64,000 nucleotides of DNA from positions 31,994,001 to 32,058,000 of the forward strand of contig CM052816.1 in NCBI GenBank assembly GCA_028534125.1. The letters are read 5' to 3'. Positions 1 through 11,619 of the stretch are shown here, one piece after another. Position 1 is the first letter of the stretch. Each line of letters begins with the position of its first letter. Below the pieces are notes generated by a model. That model was not told the DNA's origin, did not search any database, and was given only the letters and a program-made list of their open reading frames with translations. A program made the position numbers and the translations under genes. This stretch comes from Lama glama. Lineage: Eukaryota.

Positions 1-172
1 AGATGGACAGCTCCTTTTCACAGCCCGCCAGACCCACCAGAGCTGGGGTGGAGGTGGCTGGGGAGTCCATCGTGGTCAGAGGTAACGAGACAGTGATGAT
101 GATGCACAGCCGAGCACACACTCCACACTCGGCTGCCCCAAGATTCCCTGCTGTGTTTGCCACACCCTTTAG
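1..172 (-). other. Candidate minus-strand exon (continues past window start), possibly carrying a start codon at 70-68
   Basis: The minus strand reads GCATTTCTTCTTGCAG|CTAAAG (acceptor AG at 174-173). The frame is open from the acceptor to the window edge and contains ACCACGATGG (A at -3, G at +4), giving MDSPATSTPALVGLAGCEKELSI. CpGs are retained locally. The peptide is not recognised. Confidence 0.35.
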
Positions 173-407
173 CTGCAAGAAGAAATGCAAGCCCCTTACA
201 TATAAGAGGTGCTGTGCGTGCAGAGAAAACACCAGACCCCTTCTCCAGAGAGATCTGAATCTAAATGCTGTTTAGCTAACTTCTATATCTGAAACCAGAA
301 AGAAAAATGTAAAACATTTTAAAAGAGAAGGTCTGATGATAGCTATCCCAAAATAAAGGCCCTGGAAATATTACGATGCATAGCCTGATCCAGGTTTCTA
401 ATAAAAA

Positions 408-625
408 TAATAATAGTTATGTTTCACTGGGCTCTTCCTAGTGATCCATATAATGTGCTTTATATGAATTTCATCCTGGGGTTTCACAATAGCCTTAGGA
501 GATTAAGTAATACTATGACCCCCATTTTATAGACAAGGAGACTGAAACTCTGAGCAGTTCAGTAATTTGTCCAGGATCACCCAGGAAGTAATCAGCAGAG
601 ACAGGATTTGAACTCAGGCCACATG
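408..625 (-). mobile_element. MIR SINE
   Basis: Matches the reverse MIR core: CCCCATTTTATAGACAAGGAGACTGAAACTCTGAG...GGATTTGAACTCAGG. Confidence 0.8.
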
Positions 626-629
626 ATTC

Positions 630-2972
630 TGTGTGGGAACAGAGATGTGCCACTCAATCCCCTTTCAAGAGAGGACTTGTTGTCTAGTTGCTGAGAGTGT
701 CATCAGGGGCAGCCTTTATCTGTCAAACTCTTCAGGGGTTGACTCAGCCTCGAAGAAACTCCTTGACCAGAGTCACGACTTTCTCAGAGCAGCCTACACC
801 CCTGACTGACTGAGGTAGAGATATGAAGGCCCAGCCATGACAGACCAACATAGGACAACTCTAAATGATCATTTTAACTCTAGCTTCCTGCAGAGTCAAC
901 TAAGATTGCCCATCAGGTCCATACCAAGCTGCACATCTCCCACTACCGAATCTTCCTTCCTTTCTCTTCTTTCCACAGTCCTTTCCAAGACACTCCTTAA
1001 GAGGGATCCTGCCCACCAATTCTATCTCCAGGTATCTTCCCTGAGAACCAAAACTGTAGCAAGGAAAAATGTTCTCAATGGGCAGAGCTTCAAGAGGTCA
1101 TCTACTGTGTATAGAGAGAAATGGCCCAAGTTAGAATATATACAGACTCATGGCCAGTGGCAAATGGCCTAGCCACCTGGTGAAGAGCATGAAAGAAGAA
1201 AGACTGGAAACACAGGGAGACAAGAGGACGAGGTAGAGACATATGAGTGGACAAAAATGGGAAGAACTTTCTATCATATATTTAAGTCCACCAAAGAGCA
1301 TCCACCACAGAAGAGGCACTAAGCAACCAAGTAGATAAAATGACTCAGCCAGGTGACATCAGCCAGGTCCTGTCATCAGCCACCCCAGTACCAGCATAAG
1401 GGGCATATGAATGAAGTAGCCGTGGTGACAGAAACGGAGGCTGTGCCTGGGCCAAGTGACATGGGCACCCACTGAACAAAGGCTGATGTTGCTGCTACTG
1501 CTGCCAAATGTCCAGCAGGCCATTAACAGAGATTAATGCTCGGGCTCTAACATGGCACCATTCCTTGAGATGAACTGATCATCTGGTGGCAAGTTGACTA
1601 TATTGAGCCACTTCCAGTCTGAAAAGGCCAGTGATTCATGCTCTCATCAGACACTTATTTCTGGTATGGGTTTTCCCTGCCTATCTGTAGGGCTTCAGCC
1701 AGTATTACTATCCATGCTTACAGAGTGTGTGCTCTATGGACATGGCATCCCACATAACACTGTGTCACATCAGTTAACTCACATTATCTGAAACACAGAA
1801 GGGGGCTCATGACCATGGGATCCACTGGTCATATCACATGCTGCACCACCAAGAAGCTTCTGGTAAGAGAAGTAGAAGAGCCTCTTAGAAGCACAGCTAA
1901 AGTGCCACTTTGAAGGCGATACTTTATGAAGATGGGGGACCACCCTCCAGGACATAGGATACACCTGAACCAAACACTTTATATAGTGCTGCAACCTCAT
2001 TAAAAAGACTACAGGGGTCTAGAAGCCAAGGAGTGGAAGCAGAAGTGACCACACTTACCCTGACTCCCTATGGCCCATTTGGGAAATGTGTGCCTCCTGT
2101 CCCCAGAGCTCTTGCCTTTGTAGGGTTAGAAATCTTGGTCTTCAGTGGAAAAACACTTCCATCAAGGGATGCAGATACCAGCAGGCAAGAAGAAAAGTCA
2201 CCACCTTGGCTGAGGTCATTGAACATAGTCGTCAAGAAAAGAGACAGCTACAATTACACAATAGGGGCAAAGAGAAGTATGTTGACTGATTTCTTTGGGC
2301 ACCACGTCATACTCTCTTGTTTAGTTATAACAGAAAAATGAACAAGTGGTGCAATCAGAGATGAGGATCTGGGTTGTGCCATGAAGTAAGAAGCTGAGGT
2401 CAGCTCTCCCAGGGTGCAGGGAGTCTAGATTTGCTAGGGTGGGTGGGAGACAATGAGTATCAGTTGGGACCCCAAGACCTGAAGCAGTGGTTGGAACTGA
2501 ACTTCTTCCCACCACTTCTAAGATTCTCCCAGACAGAGAAGTCCACCAGAATTCAAGAGGAGCTGCTTCATATCCAAACAGATATGAAGAAGTGGATCCA
2601 AATGGCTCACAGAAGTGTGGAAACAGCTAAGCATACACAAGGTCCTGGGTTCAATCCCCAGAACCTCCATTAAAAAAAACCCAAAAAACAAAACAAATGG
2701 CTCAAGGAGTGAACTGTGATGAACATGGAGATGTACTGTGCAGTTCTTCCTTCAAAGAAGGGCTTGTTGCCCCAGCTTCTATGAGCGCTGTCAGTAGACA
2801 ATCTTCAGCTGTCAGCCCATCCAAAACCAACTCTGCTGCAGAGTCACCTTGCCAAGGTCACAACCTTCCTGGGTTTTAGATCCAATGAGATGTAGCTCTA
2901 CATCCAATAACTGGTTGAGGCAGAGGTAGGAAGGCACAGTCATTTCATTTTAGTACAGGACAATCTGATGGA
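630..2972 (+). mobile_element. Internally deleted ERVL provirus remnant (LTR16-type LTRs at ~630-1061 and ~2715-2972; degenerate RNase H/integrase interior)
   Basis: Two similar LTR-like blocks begin TGTG(T)GGGAACAGAGATGTGCC and TGTGATGAACATGGAGATGTAC. A PPT-like AAGGAGTGAAC precedes the second. Interior fragments translate as SQWAELQ and RIYTDSWPVANGL (RNase H) and WWQVDYIEPLP (integrase), with frameshifts and stops. Confidence 0.8.
2610..2693 (+). mobile_element. 5'-truncated tRNA-Ala-derived (camelid Vic-1-like) SINE inserted in the ERVL
   Basis: GCTAAGCATACACAAGGTCCTGGGTTCAATCCCCAGAACCTCCA plus an A-rich tail; 11-bp TSD CAAATGGCTCA at 2599-2609 and 2694-2704. Confidence 0.85.
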
Positions 2973-2975
2973 CCA

Positions 2976-3047
2976 TATGGTAGGCAGAATAATGCCCCCC
3001 CCCACATCGTCATGATATCCACACCCTAATCCCTAGAACTTATGAAT
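2976..3047 (+). mobile_element. MLT1 (MaLR) LTR 5' fragment
   Basis: TATGGTAGGCAGAATAATGCCCCC...ATATCCACACCCTAATCCCTAGAAC resembles the MLT1C/D start. Confidence 0.65.
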
Positions 3048-3059
3048 GACAAGGGAGCT

Positions 3060-3480
3060 CAAAGAAGGTGGGAAATGAGGGGCAGAGGAAGGCAAGGACT
3101 CTAGGGTTTCTGGCTTGAAGACTGAGTGAATGATGGGCATAGTATGGGGAGCCAGCTGTGGAGAAAGAGAACAAGTTCAGATTGAGGTATTGTGCAATAC
3201 TCCAGTGAAGATGTGAAGCTATCCAGGGGGAGGCTAGATATATAGATTCAGGATTCAACTGAAAGTTATGAGCTGCTGATATAGATTTAGGAACTATTAA
3301 TAGAAGATACTCAGGGATAATGGGGAAAGGGATCAGAGGGAAGTGGAAAAGAGGATCCTGGAAGCACGAACATTAAAGAGAAAGACAAAGCAAGAGGAAG
3401 AGCTGGGAACCAAGAGAGAAATGTTCTCAAGTCATGGGATGAAATGATTTTAAGAAGGAAGGAGTGGTCGTTTATGTGGG
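3060..3480 (-). mobile_element. L2 LINE fragment
   Basis: Purine-rich sequence typical of antisense L2 (GACTCTAGGGTTTCTGGCTTG...GATATAGATTTAGGA). Confidence 0.6.
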
Positions 3481-4204
3481 AAAGAATCGTTCCCATTTTG
3501 GTGAGAAACTTAAAACTGTAGAAAATTAGTGATGATCATAGAATATTGTGGAAGCCCATCTGTTTGATGTTTTATTCAACTCACTACACATTTACTAGAC
3601 CACATCTTTGTTCTGAACCGTGTCTTGGAGAAAAATATAATCTAGGTATAGTTTGTGCTTAAGATCTAAGAGCAGACCCTGAAGTCAGATATAAAAATGA
3701 CTGTATGTTAGAAAAATCAGATATATTTGACAGAATGCCTTAATTTTTATTTGGGTATTTATACTTTTTTAGATAGAGGCTTTACTTCTGCTATGTCAAA
3801 AATAGGACCAAAGAATGGAAAGATTAACTTAAAAATTACACTCTACAATATCATTTTTTAAAAAAAAGCAGTTATTTTGGAATCCTATAGAATCATTATA
3901 TATTCCTATTTGGGATTATACCACAGCTTGATTTGTCATTTCATTATGTAGTAGCAGATCTTGCCAACATTTAAATGCTTCCTAATTGTTTTTATTAAAA
4001 AGCTATATGTCATTGTTATAATTTTGTAAAGGGATTCTGAAAGAATTTATAAATCAAACAGTCTGTTTCTGCAGGGCCTATTTCTATAGTACTTAGGTTT
4101 ATCACATTCCTACATTTTACACTGAAGAACATTCAAATGGAAATCAAAGAATTCCATTATGAACTCAATTATCTCTTTGAAGACACTGCTGAGAACATTT
4201 ATCA

Positions 4205-4465
4205 GTATTAGTGTAGTGGGGAAGGAGTATGGAATCAGGAACTGGAAAACTGGGTTCTCAGTCTCTATCACTTACTATTTGGGTAACTTTGGACAAGTCA
4301 CTCAAGTGCTCTGAACCAAAGTGTTCTTATCTATAAAAGGGTAACCACAGTAGGATTGCAATGAAGCTATAACAAGGTGTAAAATACACTACATCAAATA
4401 AATATGTGGAACTGCTTTATGTACTATAAATTCCTATACAAATATTTATCATATTATCATTATTA
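4205..4465 (+). mobile_element. MIR-family SINE
   Basis: GTGTAGTGG...CTGGGTTCTC...CACTTACTATTTGGGTAACTTTGGACAAGTCACT...CTTATCTATAAAAGGG. Confidence 0.7.
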
Positions 4466-5934
4466 TTTCCTTGAGAGAAAGGTTAATTTGAAACAAAATG
4501 TTCAAATATGAACCCCAGCTTGAGGCTTTATTTATAAAATAGATGCATATTTACATCAGTTTCAATGGTATGTAGAATCATTGCCAAGTTGTAAACAGAA
4601 TCACCAAATAACCAATCCCTTTCGATAGTAAATGGAAAATAAACAGTCATTTCGGGCATTTCGCTGATCTTAATGGCTAGATAACTCTCTTTGGCACCTG
4701 ACATTCATGACAGATAAAAGAAATTAACACATAACTGAGATCTTGGAATTTAAAAAAATCATTTCACAAATAGAAATACATGAATAAATGTGATAGATAT
4801 ACGAATATTTGTCTTTGCTGGGAGATAGACGTTAGATAGCTAGATATAAGATATACTTATAAAGCATAAATATATCCATTTTCATCAGCATTTTTACCAA
4901 ATCTCTTGATTTAAGAAAGACAGAGATTAAAGAAAGAAAGATCAAAGAATAAGAGAATCACATTTTGAATAATTTTGAATATGAAGCAACATGTTTACCA
5001 CAGAATCTTAAATCTTAGAATTAAAAGGAATCTTAGATTTTATATATTCATACTGTCCACCAGATTACTTATCAGTGGTTTTTTGGCCTCTGCTTGCACA
5101 CAGAATAGAAGAGTAAACATTCTACAAGGTACCCCATTCTTTTTGTAAAACAATTTTTCTCTTCCGTTTTTAAACAAAATTAATGTAAGAAAATTCTTAA
5201 ATTCTCTTTTATATTGACTCAACACATCATCTTAATACTTCTTTAGGTTTTTGTAGACACAGACATTTTGTGGGGCAAGAATATCATTTATTCGTTCACT
5301 GAACATTAGTTGCCAGCTACCAGCTGGCATCCGTACAAGTAGGCCCCACTCACAGGCCAAGGCGCAGTCAAGTTGGAGACAGCTGTTGAGCCAGCTGTTA
5401 CTGATCTCCATCACCAAACCTCCAACTTCTTTGGAAAATCTCTTTCCCTGTAACAAATCTAATTGCCTCTTCTGAAATAGCCCCCCTCAGCTGATTTTGC
5501 AATTGAGTCATTATCACATTTTCCTGTGACTTCCCCAAACCAAATATTGAGGTAAAATGGGAATAGCCAGAGTGTAACGGGCAAACAAAACAATTCCTAC
5601 CCTCTCCCTGCTAGACTTTCTCTAGCTCTATCTCTATGTACAATAAAGAGTAAAACGGATAAACCTGTGATCATTTTACTTGCATTTATGGAGACAGCAC
5701 TGAAGCAGGTGGTTGTAACTCTCCCTTCTCATCCCAGGCTCACCAGTGACCTTGGGTGAGTCCCATCTCATGTTTCCACATTTGAGCCGAGTAGTGAATA
5801 AAGCTCCTCATGCCTCTTTCATGTTATGACTGACTGTCCCATTTATCCCACTTCTAGAGACTGTCCCTAAAAAATAACTCTGTTTTAAAATTTAACTTAA
5901 TTTCCCCTAATGATCACGCGGTAAATTTGACTTT

Positions 5935-6170
5935 TCTTTTTCTTTTGAAGTAGAATTCCATAAGATTTAACACATGTATAGATTCTCGTACCCCCACAAT
6001 CTGACAACCATCACCTGGAAAACTTTCCTTATAGTCACACCCTCTTCCCCTGGCCCCTCACAACCGCTAATCTGGTTTTTATCTTTGCGTTTTTGAGAAT
6101 GTGAAATAAGTAAAATCATACGATATGGAAACTTCTGAGACCAGCTTCCCTCACTATCTATCCGCCATCC
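5935..6170 (-). mobile_element. Old L1 (L1MB/MC-type) 3' end fragment
   Basis: Antisense L1 3'-UTR motifs: CCCCTCACAACCGCTAATCTG...GAGAATGTGAAATAAGTAAAATCATACGATATG. Confidence 0.6.
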
Positions 6171-7634
6171 TACACAGGCAAGCCCCTTGTCACCCCTGCA
6201 GCTAAATGAACTGTTCTCTGCTGGACATGGGCTGTCAGTTTCCAAAATTACCTTTCACTTAATATCTCCCCAAGTAGCCACCACGATGCGTCTTTCTTGG
6301 TCTCCCACCCTGAGCTGTAAAGTTGTGTTGTGCTTTGTTTCTTAAACATAGTTGCCCCATTTCACACCAGGGCACTGATGGCTCCAGAGGAAACAGGCTC
6401 AGCATACTCATCCTGGATCAGGAGCAGAACCGACAGGCTTTATGGGCTTATTTATCCCTATTCCCCCCTTCCCCCATCTAAACAAACTGAAAAGCTTTCA
6501 AGCACTATGCCTGACAAAGGTAGTTCTTTCTGAGTTCACCTTAAAATCCTTAGGGCTCACTTGAATACTTCACATAGCAAATGCAGGAGCCACCTGCGGT
6601 GTCTGAGAGAGGAAACAAAACCCAAAGGCACAGAATCTCTTTTCTAAGCCAACAAGCAAACAAGGCTGTCATGATCGATTACAAAGTGACAGACCTCCCA
6701 CCAGAAGAGGGTGCTCTCAGATGTGATCTGTTACCACCTATACCTTGGTCCCTTTGACCTCAGGGTAGGATTGTGCTAATAAAAAAGGGAGAGGCTCATT
6801 AGCTTTCTTTTCCATTCATGCTTGTTTTGAAAACATTACATGCCTTGCAGATTACATGATAATTATACTTAAGGGCTGCCAAGGCGCTTCAGGAATAATT
6901 ACCATATGATTTGCAGGTTTTAGAGCTCATGGTAACACTTTAGTGCTGGGAGGCCTTTTTTAGTCATTCCCAGCAATTACCCTACTCTCACAGTCTTAGA
7001 CTGTTCCTCAAGCCTGATGAGAAGCCAAGGAGGCTAAATGAGACCTGTTCCAAGGAGGCAGGGAGATTCGGGGGATGGCTCCATGGTGGTGCTGAGTGGA
7101 AGGCTGGCCAAATCAGAGTCTTGTACTGGAGCCACATGAAGGCTAAGAATTAATGAAAACAAAAGCCTGCATAGGGACCTTGTGATAGACACAAAAGTGC
7201 CTCCTTTTTCCTTATTCTACTTAGAATCCTTGAAATGTAATTAAAAGAGGCAAGCCAGTCATTTTCACCACTGAACTGAAATTGCTTGTGAGGATGTGTC
7301 TAACAATGACCACCTATGTGGTAAAGCCTTCGAGAATTCTGCCTTCTCGGCAGGTGAAGTTTCAGCTGATCGTTCCTCTCCAGTGTGACATGCATTCCTC
7401 CTTGGGTGCTATGGACACCATTCCTCCCCCGGCAATGTTCCACTTCTCTTTGATTTCTCTGTCGACTCCTTTTACACTGTCGAGTTCTGTGTTTGACACA
7501 TAGTGGTGGCTGGGTAGTTGTCTGCTGAATTGGTGGTAATCAAATACCACCTAGGAATTGTGGTGAATGTGTGTGCATCAGTGGTTAAGAAGAGTGTGTG
7601 CAGTGGCAGAAGATGGTGTCTTGTGTGCCGCTCC

Positions 7635-8035
7635 CTCATTTGCTCATCACCCAACACCTATTTAACACCTATTAAGGGACAGATGGCATCACAACCAGGA
7701 ACAAAATAGGATTTCTGCCTTTGGGAAACTGGTCTAGTGGGATTTGCTGATAAATAATAAGGCAACGAAAACAGAGCCCAATGAGAGCTATGTTCTGGAA
7801 GCAAAGAGCACTAGGGGAGTTGGGAGGACACGCCCCCAACTCCAGGCCTGGAGGAGAAAAGGTCTCCCCAGATTTTCAGGCTGAGACCTGAAGGGTGACT
7901 ACGATTTGGAGAGGGTTAAGAGGAAGCACGTTTCAGATGAAGAAAATAGCCTGCGGGAGAGCCTAGAGGTAAAAGACAGCTGAGAGACTTTGAGGAAATG
8001 AAGGGTGCAGGCAAGGGAACAGGGGAGGAAGGGAC
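7635..8035 (-). mobile_element. L2 3' end fragment
   Basis: CTCATTTGCTCATCACCCAACACCTATTTAACACCTA... followed by AGGCTGAGACCTGAAGG, typical of antisense L2. Confidence 0.55.
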
Positions 8036-8310
8036 AGATTAATTCACGTGTTTGCACATTTAGGAGGATTCCAAGCGAGCAGGGTGTAAACAGTTTGTGC
8101 TCAGGACGCTAACTTAGCCTCACAGAGAACTGGGTTACCAGTTTAGGAGGATCTAATAGAATTGAGAAATACAACAACTTAACTACAGTGAAAAAAAAGA
8201 GAAGAGATAATTTCTGGATGAGACTTGGTAACTGAGGCTTTATAGGAAACACTGTGGATCTTCACAACTGTACGTTGTGTAAGGCAACAGGGTGGGTGTA
8301 GGGCCCCTCT

Positions 8311-8392
8311 CCTTGCAAGAGAATAAGATTCCCACAAGAGGGCGCCCTTGCAAGAGAGTTAATGCGATTCCCACAAGAGGGCGCCCTTGCAG
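8311..8392 (+). repeat. Tandem duplication (units of 35 and 39 bp), each unit carrying the CTCF-like core CCACAAGAGGGCGC
   Basis: GATTCCCACAAGAGGGCGCCCTTGCA occurs twice; cores at 8332-8345 and 8371-8384. Confidence 0.85.
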
Positions 8393-10542
8393 AAGGAAGT
8401 CCGCACTCATCATTCACATCCTAAGTGCCTGACACGAGAAACCTCAGTAAATGAAGGCCTTCGGAGCGACCCAGCAGGACGACAACCCCTGATGAAGACA
8501 GAAGTTCACTGGCCCACTTAAATTCCTGTGGAGCTGAATCACAGGTCTTCCTGTGATTCCAAAACAAAAGAGTCCTATTAGCACCTCAGCGCTCTATTTT
8601 CCGATGTCACATCACTCGTTAGGAGTCTCACACTATTTGTAATAGCTCCGATTAAATTTGTACTTATCCTGTAAACAACGAGCTGCCGGTCTTTGGCATC
8701 TAGAAGGATTCAAGGTGAATCTTCGGCTTCTTTCAGTTTTTATACCACACCCATCCCCATTAGGTCTACTGCAAGGAGAGATGGTGCTTTATTTTAGGTG
8801 ATACACTACAGCCATGCAGACATTGCTACACACATGCCCGTCACCTTAAAGTCACTTGATTTCTTAGTGATATGATCTTGGAATTTCAGCCCACTTCCTC
8901 AGGAAGTGCTATTAGCAGCACAGGATGCAGAATTTAGTCTAATGAGCAGACAACAATGTGGGTGTTTTAAGGCCAGGCTATGTCTTGGCTGACTGCTTAG
9001 ATAAAAAAGAATAAAGAGACCCTCGTTTTCCTTGCCTAAGGACCCCTTACTGGAAAGGCACTCCCCTGCCCCCACAGGTGTTGACATAGTATAAATTCAT
9101 GGCAGGTAATGAATATTATCTGCTGTGTTCCCTCACTTTCCCAGCCCCTTTCCAAGGCTTCAGGAGAGCCCTAACAATTTTGTATTACAATTTTTTTTTT
9201 CTTAAACGGCACTTCCCTAATTACAGAAGCTTCAGGCTGTCCCCACAAAACCTTGGTTCCTCAGATGTTATTTACATGAATCCATATCTCGGGCCACCCT
9301 TTCAGCAGCAGAACACCTGTCAGTCCCTGCTAGAATGAACACCTCGAGGACAATAGCAATTGTTTCCAGTTGCACGCATTTCCAGCAGCTTTTCTCCCCT
9401 GGTCTTTCTTTAAGGGACTATTGTATCAAAGAGAAGGAAGGAAGCTGACTAAGAAGAGGAAGTTATGCCTAAGTCATTTGAAAAGTGTATTATTCAAGTG
9501 ACACAACTTTTTCCCAAAGTACAAGTTTCAGGTTAGGCTAAGGACCATGTGGATTGAAACATGAATCTGTGGAGTTGAATTCCTTCTGTGCTCTGTTCCT
9601 CCTCTTCTTGGATTGTTCTTTGAGCTTTTACTAATTTCCCCAGTGTCCTCTCTGCATCCTCAAGTTCACTTAACTCATGGTCCATCTGCCTCTTGCTTCC
9701 TTTTTCCTCAGCCCCCCAGAGATACGCATGCCTCATTTTCTGCATAGCTGGCGTCATTTCCATCTTTGGCATGTGAGAGTGTCTGTGATGGCTGTAGATT
9801 TATTACTTCTGTTTTCCTGGAGTCATTCTCGTCCCTGCCTGTCTCAGACAGCTCCCTTCTACATTATTTCATTCTGTGTCATTCCCCTTAGCCACACCAG
9901 CCAGCAAGGCTAATGAAGACACTGAACTGAGCATGATTTTTGTCCATCTCCGTGGGAAATCATTTCCAATGGCATGTACTCTTTGCAGTGGAAAAGCAGG
10001 AAACAATCTCGTTCTTTGTGGTCTCAAGCCCACAGTGGCAGAGGCTGACTTACTACAAAACTTCCAGCTTCCAGGCAAAAGGGAGAAAGAGTGCCGGGCA
10101 CATGTAAAACACAGAAATACACGCATGTGCCCACACATTTAAACACACCTTAGGTTTTCGCATTCAGTGACATGCACCTGGGTATAAGTTCCAGCTTCAA
10201 GCACTTTCTACATGTTGGATATGTGTTTGTAAGTGGGCCCATTTTTTTTTCTTTGACATTCAGTTAAGTTAAAAGCAAAAACAGCCATCTGTACTGCCTT
10301 TGATATAGTAGATTGCTAAAAGCTGTTCCCTGTCAGATCTCTTCTTTCAGCCTTGGCGGGGAGACACAGACACATATGACACTTCTGTCATCCACACATG
10401 AAACACACAGATTTCAACAGAGTCATAGGTCCTCTATGAAACCATCAGGCTACATACAAAATCCCTCCCAAGGGATCTGGCTTTCCTTCTACTGCCATAG
10501 CAGAAAGGAAGGCATTAATTTTGCTTTCAGGTTTTCTGTTTT

Positions 10543-10560
10543 GTGTGTGTGTGTGTGTGT
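10543..10560. repeat. (GT)n microsatellite
   Basis: About 9 GT units read directly. Confidence 0.9.
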
Positions 10561-11619
10561 TGTTTTTGCCACCGAGGGCACCAAACACTCTCTCTGATCC
10601 TCAATTGTGTTCCACATTTTTCATTAACACTGGCATTTAAGCAGCTCATTCTAATTCTTTCCGTTGCTCCTGTTCTGCGTGAACTATCTGCTGGCAGTTG
10701 CCATGCCAACCCCAAATCCTGGGGTCCTGCTGCTAGATCACAAGCTGCCATTAGCATATTTTTAATAGCACCTGATTGCCCTCCAAAGACCTTCCAGTAG
10801 CTGAACTCCATTAGCTCAGAGTGTCACGAGATTTGACTGCAGATTTACAAACTGGATCAGGGAGAGAAGAGGCTGAGTGGCACAGCCAGCCTCCAGGCTG
10901 AGTTTCCATGAGTGCCAGGTTGGTTCCTGGGGTCCCATTCACAGGGAAGATATTCACAGGTGTGTGGTCCATGTATGTATCAGTTCTTAGCTTCCTGGAG
11001 CTGACTTACCATAATGTGATGTGGAATGCCAGCATGACCCTCAAGCTGGTGGAAGACTTCTCCTGCTTGTATTGAAAAAATCAGCTGCTCTCCACTGTCT
11101 AGGAACCCGGGCAGGAATGGTGATGCTACCATCTTGCACTTTCTAATTTACACCAAACAACGGATCAGGCAATTCTGATCCAAAGTCAGTAAAGAGTTAG
11201 AGAGGGAAGAGTGAATGAGAAGTATGTCAATAATTAAGAGAGTTAAGATAGACTGTTTCAAAGTATGTAGTTAAGAGCTTTTGAAATTAAGTTGCTTTGA
11301 AGTTCTGAAGACTCTCAGCAGCCAGTGAGCTAAGTAAAAGAATGCTGACATCTAAAGTAAAGACAAAAGGAAGTTGAAAATTGCTACTCAAATTTGAAGA
11401 AAGCCAAAAGAGTTAGGTTAAACGGTACGTAGAAACAATTTAGTGAAAAGGGACCTTGTAGACTCAGATGCTTCTGGACACAAGAGAGATAAGGCACAAG
11501 AATGAAGTGAGATGATTGGAAGATGATGGGAGGCCCAGGGCCATAGGCACATGAGTGATGTAAGGACTAGAGCAATCTGAGTGCTGACTCTGGCTAGATA
11601 GAGTGCACTCTCCCGCGGC

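Noticed and set aside
95..145. Pre-miRNA or iron-responsive element
   Set aside because: The stem is too short for a pre-miRNA and lacks the CAGUGN loop with bulged C of an IRE.
1062..2600. Domesticated or intact retroviral pol gene
   Set aside because: The RNase H and integrase motifs are scattered across frames with stops and deletions.
8311..8392. CRISPR-like repeat-spacer reading of the tandem repeat
   Set aside because: Only two full units, intervening sequence too short and self-similar, eukaryotic context, no cas genes.
9533..9772. Acidic, coiled-coil-looking minus-strand ORF (79 aa)
   Set aside because: The E/K richness follows from a pyrimidine-rich plus strand; no convincing splice sites and no recognisable homology.
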